Shown here in pieces: positions 42,169 through 51,404 of a stretch of DNA of 59,140 nucleotides. The DNA lies in the NCBI GenBank assembly GCA_905214995.1, contig CAJMOT010000001.1, positions 1-59,140 of the forward strand. Direction: 5' to 3'. The notes below the pieces were generated by a model, which searched no databases, was not told where the DNA came from, and saw only the letters and a list, made by a program, of their open reading frames with translations. The DNA comes from an uncultured bacterium. GTDB taxonomy: Bacteria > Verrucomicrobiota > Verrucomicrobiia > Opitutales > Intestinicryptomonadaceae. Position 1 is the first letter of the stretch. Every line of letters starts with the position of its first letter. The translations under genes were made by a program, and so were the position numbers.

Positions 42169-44010
42169 TTATTTTCCGCCCCCTTCGGATTCGCCCGGGT
42201 CGTAGAGCTCGTCGATGTTCCAGATCACGGAGCCGACCGGAGGCACGCGCACGTTGCGCCATTTCTCGGATACTCCCGAATAGCTCATAGGGGTGACGAG
42301 GAAGAGGAGGGGAAGCTCCCTCGAAAATATGTTTTGCATTTCGTCTACGAGCGCCTTGCGCCTGGCGGGGTCGAATTCGACCTCTTGGGCGTCCATTATT
42401 TCGTCGACGCGCCTTTCCCACTCGGTGGCGGGCGACTTTTGGCGGGGATTCCAGACGTGCAGAAAGCCGTCGGAGCGGTAGATGGCCTTGCCTCCCGACG
42501 GATCGCCGCCGCCGGTGAACCCCATGAGGGCGGCTTCGTATTCAAACGTGTTGTCGATTTTTGAAATCATCGTGCCGAAATCCATGAATTTCAGCCTCAC
42601 CTCTATGCCTATCGCCCTCATGTTCTCAACGAAGGTCGTGGACATTGCGGTCGCGTTTTGCGAGCCGTCCGCGACGATGAACTCGAATTCCACGCGGTTT
42701 TTTTGCGGGTCGAGCAGCCTTCCGGAGGCGTCGTAGGAAAATCCCTGGGATATCAGCATCTGCCGCGCCGATTCGGGGTCGTAGGAGTATTTTGGGGTGT
42801 CGGGGTTGTGCCATTTTTTGTTGGCGGGCGAGATTATCCCGTCGAGCTTTCTGGCGCGTCCGAACCACACGCTTTTTATCAGCCCGTCGCGGTCGACCGC
42901 CTTCATTACCGCCCTCCGAAATTCGGGGTTGGAGAACCATTTGAGCTTGTGCGGGGCGACATAGGGTTTGCCGCCCTCCGCCGAGCCCGGGTTGAGGTTG
43001 AACCACACGAAGAAAATTCCGGTGTCCGGGCCGCGCTCGTAAATTTTGAATTTGTAGGTTTCGGCGTAGTTTTTGACCCAGGCGTAGTCGTTTGCGCCCA
43101 CATTTGAGGCGTCGCACTGGCCCGTGGCGAAAAGTATTGTCGATGTGTTGGCGTCGGCGACGAACTTGTATATTAGAAAGTCTATGTAGGGCAGGCGGTT
43201 GCCCTTTTTGTCAGCCCGCCAGTAGTGCGGGTTGGGCTTGAGCGCGAGGCGCTCTCCGGGCTTGTAGGAGAAAATCTGGAACGGCCCCGACGCCGCGATT
43301 TCCGACGGGTTGGAAATCGCCGTCTGCGTGGACCACGCCCGCTGGAACGAGCCGTCCGCCGCCGCCTTTTCGAGGCGGTGTTTTGGCAGTATTCCCACAA
43401 ATCCTATGTCGGTGAGAAACGGCGCATAGGCCTTTTTTGTCGAAAACTCTACGGAGTACTTGCCGGTTTTTTTGAATTTTACGGGCTCTCCGCCTATCGT
43501 GTACTGGCCCGCGTACCTCGACGGATAGCGCAGCAGCGGCCTGCCGGTCGACTTGTCCGCAAGCGGCTTCCCGTCTTCGCCGAGGCTCGGGGCGAATATC
43601 GTCTCGAAAGTGAATATCACGTCGTCCGCCGTGATTTCGACCCCGTCGCTGAATTTTACGCCCTCGCGCAGGTCGAACCGGTAGGTTTTCTTGTCTTCCG
43701 ATATTGTCCACGATTTCGCGAGCGCGGGAATCGGGTTCATGGTGAAGGGGTCGACCGTCACGAGGGGCGAGAGGATAAGGTCGATTATCTGCGACGAGTA
43801 GGCGTCGGTCGCGATGAGCGGGTTGAAAGTTTTGGGTTCCTGCGAGGCGGCGAGGACGAATACGCCCCCGTAGTTCCCGGGGGTACATTCGGATATTTCG
43901 GCGTCCGCGGGCAGGGGAAATTCTCCGCGCCGTATTTCCGGAGGCCGCGAGCACGCGCACAGGCCCGCGGAGAGTAGGATAACTGCGGCTTTCGCGGCGC
44001 GGAATGTCAT
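42169..44010 (-). CDS. Peptide ABC transporter substrate-binding lipoprotein (SBP family 5)
   Basis: Lipobox LCAC, PKTFNP, PALAKSW, LREGVKFSDG.EITADDVIFT, SGPF, NPHYW. Confidence 0.93.
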   Translation of the reverse strand: MTFRAAKAAVILLSAGLCACSRPPEIRRGEFPLPADAEISECTPGNYGGVFVLAASQEPKTFNPLIATDAYSSQIIDLILSPLVTVDPFTMNPIPALAKSWTISEDKKTYRFDLREGVKFSDGVEITADDVIFTFETIFAPSLGEDGKPLADKSTGRPLLRYPSRYAGQYTIGGEPVKFKKTGKYSVEFSTKKAYAPFLTDIGFVGILPKHRLEKAAADGSFQRAWSTQTAISNPSEIAASGPFQIFSYKPGERLALKPNPHYWRADKKGNRLPYIDFLIYKFVADANTSTILFATGQCDASNVGANDYAWVKNYAETYKFKIYERGPDTGIFFVWFNLNPGSAEGGKPYVAPHKLKWFSNPEFRRAVMKAVDRDGLIKSVWFGRARKLDGIISPANKKWHNPDTPKYSYDPESARQMLISQGFSYDASGRLLDPQKNRVEFEFIVADGSQNATAMSTTFVENMRAIGIEVRLKFMDFGTMISKIDNTFEYEAALMGFTGGGDPSGGKAIYRSDGFLHVWNPRQKSPATEWERRVDEIMDAQEVEFDPARRKALVDEMQNIFSRELPLLFLVTPMSYSGVSEKWRNVRVPPVGSVIWNIDELYDPGESEGGGK

Positions 44011-45413
44011 CGGTCGCCGGCTTCCTCCGGAGGTTTGGAATCTCCGCCGCCGTTCTTCCCCGCAGGCGGAGGATTCGTTTCGGATTCCGCCGCGCTTTCC
44101 GCAGCCTCCGCGGAGTCGTTGAGGCTCCAGTCGGGCGTCATGAACGACGTGTCGGGACGGTTGAGGTTCCAGTCCGGGCCGAAGTCCGGAACGGGGCGCG
44201 CCAGCCTGCCGTAGTCTATGTAGGAGTCCATCTTGTAGTCCTCCTCGTAATATCCCATGCCGTAGTCGTCAACCCTGTTCGGGTCGTAGTCTTCCGGAAG
44301 CTCGTAGTGCGAACGGTCGATATGCCCGAATTCCCCCTCGGGCTCGGATACCGCCTCCGCTCCGCCTTCGGCTTCGAGCCTTTCCGCCTCCTCTTCGGCG
44401 AGGCGCTCCTTTGCGACGGTTTTGGCGTATTCCCGCATCTGCTTTTGCTCTTCGATTTCCTCGAGCCGCTCCCTTTCGGCGTCGCGGCGCAGCTTGGCGT
44501 TGCGCATTTTTTCCCCGAGCCTCAGCGCGACTTCGTACATCAGGTAGAGCGGAATGGTGAGCGACACCTGCGTAATGGCGTCCGGAGGCGTTATGACGGT
44601 TGCGAAAATGAGGATTATCAAAAACACCATGCGGCGGTTGCTTTTCAGCCATGCGGTGTCGAGTATCCCGAGGTATATCAGTATGAACTCCACGAGGGGG
44701 AGCTCGAACGTCACTCCGACCGCCATCGTCAGGAATATCACCATGCTGTAATACGACTGCGCGTCGGGGAACATCTCCATCTGCATTCCCTGGGACATCC
44801 ACGACATGAACGCTATCCCCATCGGCAGCATGAAGAAAAACGCGAAGCACACGCCCACCGCGAACAGGAATATCGCCGCAATGATTCCCGGGCGCAGCAT
44901 TGCGAGCTCCTCCTTTTTAAGCCCGGGCGCGACGAAGCGCGCCGAAAAGTAGAACGCCGCCGGCAGCGACAGCCCGAGCGCCCCGAGGAACCCGACGTAA
45001 AAATACACCACTATCGGGGTTGTGAACGACATCGAGCGCAGCTTGATGTCGGCGTACCACGGACTTGCGGGCTTTTTGTCCTTGAACAGGACGATGGAAT
45101 CGTCTTTGGGCTCTATGTAGTACGGGCCTGTTTTCGTCTTGCCGTCTCCTCCGTCGGGGACGAGGTACACAGGGCCTATGCGCTCGGTCTTTACGTCCGT
45201 CACCTGCTCGTCGCCGACCCAATTCGCGAGGATTTCCTTGGCGGAATTGAGCGGGTAGAGCATCATGGAGTTGAAGTAGTGGAAGAATGCCAGCACGAAC
45301 ACCAGCGCCGCGGAGAAGAACGCCAGAATTTTGATTATGACGAACCTCATTTCCTCGAGGTGTTCGAGGAACGTCATTTCGGACGGGTCGTTTTCCTGGG
45401 ATTCTTCCGGCAT
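44007..45413 (-). CDS. tatC: Twin-arginine translocase subunit TatC with a long C-terminal extension
   Basis: MTFLEHLEEMR, FVAPGLKKEE, GVTFELP, AxVITPPD, PLYLMYE. Confidence 0.93.
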   Translation of the reverse strand: MPEESQENDPSEMTFLEHLEEMRFVIIKILAFFSAALVFVLAFFHYFNSMMLYPLNSAKEILANWVGDEQVTDVKTERIGPVYLVPDGGDGKTKTGPYYIEPKDDSIVLFKDKKPASPWYADIKLRSMSFTTPIVVYFYVGFLGALGLSLPAAFYFSARFVAPGLKKEELAMLRPGIIAAIFLFAVGVCFAFFFMLPMGIAFMSWMSQGMQMEMFPDAQSYYSMVIFLTMAVGVTFELPLVEFILIYLGILDTAWLKSNRRMVFLIILIFATVITPPDAITQVSLTIPLYLMYEVALRLGEKMRNAKLRRDAERERLEEIEEQKQMREYAKTVAKERLAEEEAERLEAEGGAEAVSEPEGEFGHIDRSHYELPEDYDPNRVDDYGMGYYEEDYKMDSYIDYGRLARPVPDFGPDWNLNRPDTSFMTPDWSLNDSAEAAESAAESETNPPPAGKNGGGDSKPPEEAGDR

Positions 45414-45419
45414 GGGCCT

Positions 45420-47870
45420 TTACTGGGCGCGCAGTTTGCGCTTCTTGGAGAGCTCTTGGCAAATGGCGTCGAAAACCCCGTTCACCTCTTCGGTTTGCAG
45501 GGTTTTTTCGCCCGAGCGGAAGCGCAGGGCGCATGCGAGGCTCTTGAAGCCTTCCGGGACGCCCTTGCCGCGGTAGATGTCGAATATCGCGCATGATTCG
45601 AGCTCGAATCCCTTGCCCTTTGTCTTTTGTCCGGCGATTTTTACGATTTCGTCGGAGACGTTCTTGGCGGGCTCCGAATCTTCGACTATCACGGCGAGGT
45701 CGCGCGACGAGGGCGGGAAAGACGGGAAAGCCTTGAATTTTTCGGCGGACTTTTTGCGCCCCGCCACGTCAGGGCGGAAGGAGATTTCGCCCGCCCATAC
45801 GGTCTTGTCTATTCCGCGCCCGCGCAGGTGCGCCACGGAGACCGCGCCGAACCTGACTCTGAAGCCCTCGCGCTTTTCGGAGCCGCAGCCGGCGGCGAAT
45901 CCCGCCTCCCATACGGGTTCGCCCTCAACTTGCGAGAAATTCAGCCGCCCCGCGTCCACCCCGAGAATCGAGAGCAGGTCGCATGCAAGCCGCTTGGCGG
46001 CGTAGAAATCGGGCCGCGCGGGCTCTCGCCACGAAGTTTCGGAGGCGCCGGAGACGAGAACGAACGCCGTCGCCGAGAGCTCCGAAATTTCCCCCGAGGC
46101 GTCGGGCCTGAAAATCTCGCCGTTTTCGAAGAATCCGAAAAATCCGTTGGCGTTGGAAAGGTTGGTCGCCGCGGCGTCGAGAAGCCCGTCTATGAGCGAT
46201 GCCCTGAGGCTGTCCTGGTCGGAGGTCAGGGGGTTTGCGAGCTTGAGGAGCTCGGAACCGGCGTAGAGAAGGGCCTGTTTGGAGCTGTCTTTGAGCGTGT
46301 AGTTTTGGCACTCGTTTAGCCCGCGGGAGCAGAGGTAGTCGGCGGCGGCGCAGTTGTATTTAAAGAGCGGGTCGTCGTCGCGTATGAGAGCCTGCGAGAT
46401 TACGGGGACTTCCGGAATCCTGTCGGAGCCTATCATGCGCACGTATTCCTCCACGAGATCAATCGGCCTGTCGACGTCGCTTCTGAAAGTCGGGACATTC
46501 ACCTTCCACTTGCCGTCTCCGGCGCTTTCCACGCCGAATCCGAGGCTGCGGAACACCCTTTCGATTTCCTCCGAAGGGGCCTCGAAACCGATGCTGTCCT
46601 CTATGAATTTTCGGGAGATTTCGATGTCGCGCGCCGCCCTCGGAGCCGAGCCTACAAGGCACGCGGTCTCGACGATTTCGCCACCCGCGGTTTCGGCGAT
46701 GAGGTCGGCGGCGCGGCGCGCGGCCTCGAGCGTTCCTTGCGGGTCCACGTCGCGCGCAAAGCGATACGAGGAATCCGTGCTTATGGAGTACTTGCGGCTC
46801 GTCGAGCGGATATTGCCCGGGTTGAAATAGGCGGCCTCGATCACGACGTCGGCGGTGTCGTCCTCGACTTCCGAGTTCAGCCCGCCCATAACGCCCGCCA
46901 TAGCCACCGCGCGGGAGCCGTCGCATATCAGCGTCACATCCGTAGAAAGCGTGTGGATCTTTTCGTCGAGGGTCTGGATTTTTTCGCCCTCTTCCGCTTG
47001 GCGGACTATGATTTTCCCGCCGCTTATCCGGCGTGCGTCGAAGGCGTGCAGGGGCTGCCCGTACTCCATAAGAACGTAGTTGGTGACGTCCACGACATTG
47101 TTTATGGAGCGCAGCCCCGCGGCTTCGAGGTCGCGGCGCATCCATTCCGGCGACGGGGCTATTTTTACGCCCTTTACGGACACCGCGCAGTACATCGGGC
47201 AGTTGGGCGTTTTGAGTTCGACGGACTCGAGCAGCCCGCCCGCAGGCGCGGCGGAATATTTTGGATTATATTTGAGTTCGGGTTTTTTAAATTGCCTTCC
47301 GAATTTCGCGGCAAGCTCCCGCGCGATTCCGATGTGGCTTAGGCAGTCGCCCCGGTTTGCGGTGAGCTCTATTTCAAACACAGTGTCGGAGTCGGTGAAA
47401 ACGTCGTTTATCGGAGTCCCGATTTCGGGGCGGCTTTCGAGTATCAGCAGGCCGCTGTGGTCCTGCCCGAGGCCGAGCTCTCGCGCGGAGCACATCATGC
47501 CGTTGCTCTCGACGCCGCGGAGTTTCGAGACCTTTATCTCGAAGCCCTTTCCGTCTTCCGTCGGGAGCTTTGCGCCGGCGAGCGCAACGGGAACCCTGTC
47601 GCCGACTTTGTAATTCGACGCGCCGCACACGATTTGTATCGGGTCGGAGTGGGGAGAGACTTTCACCATGCAGACGCCGAGATGGTCGGAGTCCGGGTGG
47701 GGCTCGCGCGAGAGTATTTCGCCGACTACCACGCGGTCGAGCTGCTTGAGCCCGAGAGTCTCGACGCTTTCGACCTCCAGCCCGAGCATCGGCAGAGCCT
47801 CCGCGATTTCTTCTGCGGAAATCCCGCCGAGGTCCGCGTATTTGTTAAGCCATTTCAAACTTGCCTTCAT
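45420..47870 (-). CDS. pheT: Phenylalanine--tRNA ligase beta subunit
   Basis: MKASLKWL, IVCGASN, LRGVESNGMMCS, TANRGDCLS, VVDVTNY, FDIYRG. Confidence 0.97.
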   Translation of the reverse strand: MKASLKWLNKYADLGGISAEEIAEALPMLGLEVESVETLGLKQLDRVVVGEILSREPHPDSDHLGVCMVKVSPHSDPIQIVCGASNYKVGDRVPVALAGAKLPTEDGKGFEIKVSKLRGVESNGMMCSARELGLGQDHSGLLILESRPEIGTPINDVFTDSDTVFEIELTANRGDCLSHIGIARELAAKFGRQFKKPELKYNPKYSAAPAGGLLESVELKTPNCPMYCAVSVKGVKIAPSPEWMRRDLEAAGLRSINNVVDVTNYVLMEYGQPLHAFDARRISGGKIIVRQAEEGEKIQTLDEKIHTLSTDVTLICDGSRAVAMAGVMGGLNSEVEDDTADVVIEAAYFNPGNIRSTSRKYSISTDSSYRFARDVDPQGTLEAARRAADLIAETAGGEIVETACLVGSAPRAARDIEISRKFIEDSIGFEAPSEEIERVFRSLGFGVESAGDGKWKVNVPTFRSDVDRPIDLVEEYVRMIGSDRIPEVPVISQALIRDDDPLFKYNCAAADYLCSRGLNECQNYTLKDSSKQALLYAGSELLKLANPLTSDQDSLRASLIDGLLDAAATNLSNANGFFGFFENGEIFRPDASGEISELSATAFVLVSGASETSWREPARPDFYAAKRLACDLLSILGVDAGRLNFSQVEGEPVWEAGFAAGCGSEKREGFRVRFGAVSVAHLRGRGIDKTVWAGEISFRPDVAGRKKSAEKFKAFPSFPPSSRDLAVIVEDSEPAKNVSDEIVKIAGQKTKGKGFELESCAIFDIYRGKGVPEGFKSLACALRFRSGEKTLQTEEVNGVFDAICQELSKKRKLRAQ

Positions 47871-47886
47871 TGTGGGGTTCTCCTTG

Positions 47887-48933
47887 TTATCTCGAGCGGA
47901 ATTGGCGCAGAAAGCGCACGTCGTTGGCGTAGAAGTGGCGGATGTCGTCTATCGAGTGCATCAGCATCGCCACCCTTTCGACCCCGAGCCCGAAGGCGTA
48001 CCCGCCGTATTCTTTCGGGTCGAGGCCGACGTTTTCAAGCACGTTGGGGTCGACCATTCCGCAACCCATTATCTCTATCCACCTGCCGCTTAGCCTGCCG
48101 ATGTCGGAGCTCATGAAATCCACCTCAAAGCTCGGCTCGGTGAAGGGGAAAAAGCTCGGGCGCAGGCGCGTCTTGGCGGATTTGCCGAACAGGTTTTTGA
48201 AGAGGTAGTCGAGTATCGCCTTCAAGTCGGTGAGCTTTACGCCCCTGTCCACACAGAGGCATTCTATCTGGTGGAAATTCGCGGAGTGCGTGGCGTCCAC
48301 GGTGTCGCGGCGGAACGCGCGGCCCGGCGCCATTATCCTGATAGGCGCGCCCTCCTTCATCATCGCGCGTATCTGCACGCTCGAGGTGTGGCTGCGCAAA
48401 AGGTAGAGCTCGTCCGCATGCTTCGAGACGTTGGATACTTTCGCCCCGCGCGGCATAAACAGGGTGTCCTGCGCGTCGCGTGCGGGGTGGTTGGCGGGAG
48501 TGTTGAGCGCGTCAAAACAATACCACTCCGTCTCGAGGTCGGAGGCTTCGGCGACGGTGAAGCCGGCGCGCTTGAAGATGTCGCAGATTTTGCGGATTGT
48601 GGCGGTGAGCGGGTGGATTGTCCCGCGGGCTTCTCCGCAAGGGGGAAGGGTGGCGTCGGGCTTGTCTCCGAGCGCCTTCGCCATTTCCGCGTTCTCGAGG
48701 CGCGCGTAGGCTTCGGCGATGAGCGGCTCTATCTGCGATTTCGCGAGGTTTATGAGCTTGCCGACGGCGGGGCGCTGCGCCTTGTCGAGGGCGGGTATAA
48801 GCTTCATCGCGGCGGTGAGTTCGCCTTTGGGCCCCGTTATCGATGCGGAAATTTCCGCGACTTCGGTCTTGGTCTTCGCGGCGGGCAGGGCCGCCTTCGC
48901 CCTCGCCAAAATTTCGTTGATTTTGTTTTCCAT
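47887..48933 (-). CDS. pheS: Phenylalanine--tRNA ligase alpha subunit
   Basis: HPARDAQDT, LRSHTSSVQ, DATHS..FHQIE, RPSFFPFTEPS, GCGMV, AFGLGVER. Confidence 0.97.
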   Translation of the reverse strand: MENKINEILARAKAALPAAKTKTEVAEISASITGPKGELTAAMKLIPALDKAQRPAVGKLINLAKSQIEPLIAEAYARLENAEMAKALGDKPDATLPPCGEARGTIHPLTATIRKICDIFKRAGFTVAEASDLETEWYCFDALNTPANHPARDAQDTLFMPRGAKVSNVSKHADELYLLRSHTSSVQIRAMMKEGAPIRIMAPGRAFRRDTVDATHSANFHQIECLCVDRGVKLTDLKAILDYLFKNLFGKSAKTRLRPSFFPFTEPSFEVDFMSSDIGRLSGRWIEIMGCGMVDPNVLENVGLDPKEYGGYAFGLGVERVAMLMHSIDDIRHFYANDVRFLRQFRSR

Positions 48934-49228
48934 GTCGATTGAAAACTTTCCGTTTGAAAATGAAAAGGCGCGCGCTCCGCACGCGGCGCGCGCGTTTAAA
49001 TTGGTACAGTCAATTTCTTCGGGGGCGAATAGGCAAGCATTTTCTGACGCGCCGGAACGCATTGTTTCGTGGGATTTCGCAAAATAATTTTCCCGCGCGT
49101 TTCTTTCCGGCGGCTGAAAGGGAAATATGGCATATATTCGCGGCGGATTTCCCGAATTATCCGCCTGCCGATTGTCTTGTTTTGCGCGCGCGGCCTTTTG
49201 CGGCAACGGCGCAAAAGCCCCAGGCGGC

Positions 49229-49263
49229 AAAAAAGGCGCGCCCGTCGCGGAGCGCGCCTTTTT
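49229..49263 (-). terminator. Intrinsic terminator after rplT (bidirectional shape)
   Basis: AAAAAGGCGCGC...GCGCGCCTTTTT hairpin. Confidence 0.75.
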
Positions 49264-49282
49264 CAAAGCGGTTTTGCGGCGC

Positions 49283-49642
49283 CTATTTCTTAATGGAGTC
49301 CACAACTTTTTTGACGAGGGCGGCGAAAGCGGCTTCGTCGTTTATGGCAAGCTCCGAGAGCTGCTTTCTGTCCATCTCGATGTTGAGATTTTTGAGCGCG
49401 CCCATGAATACGCTGTATTTCAGGCCGGCGGCGCGGCAGGCGGCGTTGATTCTGGTTATCCAGAGGCTGCGGAATTCGCGGCGGCGAACCCTGCGATCCC
49501 TGTACGCGTATTTGCCCGCGTGCTTTACGGCGTCTTTCGCGTAGCGGAAGAGGCGCGACTTGTTTCCGAAATAGCCCCTCGCCGACTTCAGCGTGCGCAG
49601 CCTGCGCTTGCGGGAAGCTACCGAACTTGTTACTCTTGGCAT
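49283..49642 (-). CDS. rplT: 50S ribosomal protein L20
   Basis: MPRV, ARGYFG, YAYRDRR, FRSLWITRINAA; AAGGAG upstream. Confidence 0.98.
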   Translation of the reverse strand: MPRVTSSVASRKRRLRTLKSARGYFGNKSRLFRYAKDAVKHAGKYAYRDRRVRRREFRSLWITRINAACRAAGLKYSVFMGALKNLNIEMDRKQLSELAINDEAAFAALVKKVVDSIKK

Positions 49643-49722
49643 GTTTGTTTCTCCTTGATTTTATTTTTGGTCGCCTGGGGGTCGCCTTCACCCTTGCGGC
49701 GCGGTTGCGTTTTGTGCTTCGA

Positions 49723-49914
49723 TTACGCGAACGGAACGGCCTTTTTGACGATCGCCGCGATTCCGGGGGTCACCGGCTTGTCGTGCCCCATTGCGCGCTT
49801 CTGCTTGACGCTCTTTGCGACGAGCAGGTGGCGCTTCCCGGGACTGCGGCGAAGCACTTTGCCCGATGCCGTAATCTTGAAGCGTTTAGCTATGGATTTC
49901 TTAGTCTTCTGCAT
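49723..49914 (-). CDS. rpmI: 50S ribosomal protein L35
   Basis: MQKTKKSIAKRFKITASGK...GKRHLL; immediately upstream of rplT. Confidence 0.96.
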   Translation of the reverse strand: MQKTKKSIAKRFKITASGKVLRRSPGKRHLLVAKSVKQKRAMGHDKPVTPGIAAIVKKAVPFA

Positions 49915-50108
49915 TTCTTTTTGGATTAAGAAAGATTCCAATACAATGAAGTCCGCGGCGGCTGTAAAGCAAAAAAACCGCATTTTTTTCAAAGGGCGCG
50001 CCCCGCCGCGCGGAGTTCGCGGGGCGCATGGATGCGGAATTTGCGCCGCGGCCGCCCGCGCCTCAAAAAAGTGTTGAAGCCTTTCCCCTATTTTGGCAAA
50101 AGTCGGGA

Positions 50109-51365
50109 ATGAAAAAATCAAGTCTGACCGCGTTCGCCGCGGCGTGCGCCGCATTGCTATGCTCGTGCGGGATAATCCGCGAAACGGCCCTGAAAAACGA
50201 CGACGTCGAGCTCTGGTCGTTCGGGCAGGATCTCTCTTTCTTTTCGCAGTACGGCGTCGAAACGCTGATTCTATCGCAGGGCGATTCCGTCGTGGCGGTT
50301 TCCCCCGCGCTCCAAGCGAGGGTAATGACTTCCTCTTACGACGGTTCCAAGGGGCCGAGCCTGGGCTGGATAAACAGGGTGCAGCTGGCGTTTAAAAAGC
50401 TTGACGCGCATAAGGCGCAGATAGGCGGCGAAGACCGCTTCTGGGTGGGGCCGCAGGGCGGCGAATTTTCGATATTCTTCGAGGACGGGGCGTTGCAGAG
50501 CGAGGAAAACTGGAAAATCCCCGCCTTTATGTCGTCCGAGCCGTGGTCGCTCGTCGGCAGGAACTCCTACCGAGCCAAGTTTGAAAAGACCGCCGAGTTC
50601 GAAAACGCAAAGGGGACGAAATTCAAAATAAAGGCGGAGCGCGAAATATCGGCGCTCAACCGCAAGCACGTTTCGGACGTGCTCGGAATCGAAATTCCGG
50701 AGTCGGTAGACATGGTGGCGTTCCAGTCGTTCAACAAGCTCACGAATCTCGGGGAAAAGCCGTGGACGCCCGACGGGGGAATGCTGAACATAAGCGTGCA
50801 GTCGTGCTTCAACGCCAACCGCAAGACATACGCGTTCGTCCCGTACCGCCCGGGGGATCCTGCGGAGCTCGGCGACATTGTGCGCGACAATTTTTTCCAG
50901 ACTTCTGGCACGGGGAATTCGGACGGCAGGCTCACGGTGGATCCCGCATTTATAAAATACAAGACGGACGGCAAGGGCTTGGGCGCGATAGGAATTTCCG
51001 CGCTGCGCAGCGAGGGAATCGCCCTCGGCTTCGACGAGGCCAACAGCGTGCTGACCGTCATAATATACATAAAGCCCGCGGACAGGCGCGCGTATTTGCC
51101 GTCCTCCTGGCGCAGGGCGTCGGGAGCTTTCGACGGCGACGCCATAAGCGTGTTCAACAACGGCCCGGCGGCGGGTTCCAATGCCCCGGGGGACGCCTAT
51201 TACGAAATCTCCACCTATTCCCCCGCGCTGTCGCTCGACCCGGGCAAGTCGCAGTTCCACTTGCAGCGCACATTCCACTTCCACGGTTCGGAGTACGACT
51301 TGGGGCTGATTTCCTATAAGCTCGCGGGGATTTCCATCGGCCAGTTGCGCGGCGGCGGAAAGTAG
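50109..51365 (+). CDS. Hypothetical lipoprotein (probably DUF6786-like)
   Basis: Lipobox LCSC; PALQARVMTS, GGEDRFWVGPQGG, YNxG-like FNNGP and YEISTYSPA resemble that family (from recall). Confidence 0.65.
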   Translation: MKKSSLTAFAAACAALLCSCGIIRETALKNDDVELWSFGQDLSFFSQYGVETLILSQGDSVVAVSPALQARVMTSSYDGSKGPSLGWINRVQLAFKKLDAHKAQIGGEDRFWVGPQGGEFSIFFEDGALQSEENWKIPAFMSSEPWSLVGRNSYRAKFEKTAEFENAKGTKFKIKAEREISALNRKHVSDVLGIEIPESVDMVAFQSFNKLTNLGEKPWTPDGGMLNISVQSCFNANRKTYAFVPYRPGDPAELGDIVRDNFFQTSGTGNSDGRLTVDPAFIKYKTDGKGLGAIGISALRSEGIALGFDEANSVLTVIIYIKPADRRAYLPSSWRRASGAFDGDAISVFNNGPAAGSNAPGDAYYEISTYSPALSLDPGKSQFHLQRTFHFHGSEYDLGLISYKLAGISIGQLRGGGK

Positions 51366-51404
51366 CCTTTCACATTCCGGACTTTATTCCGATAACATAA
51401 GGAC

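Noticed and set aside
48996..49135. PheM-like leader peptide or T-box upstream of pheS (MPYFPFSRR...)
   Set aside because: Only two non-adjacent Phe codons, no SD, and no T-box consensus.
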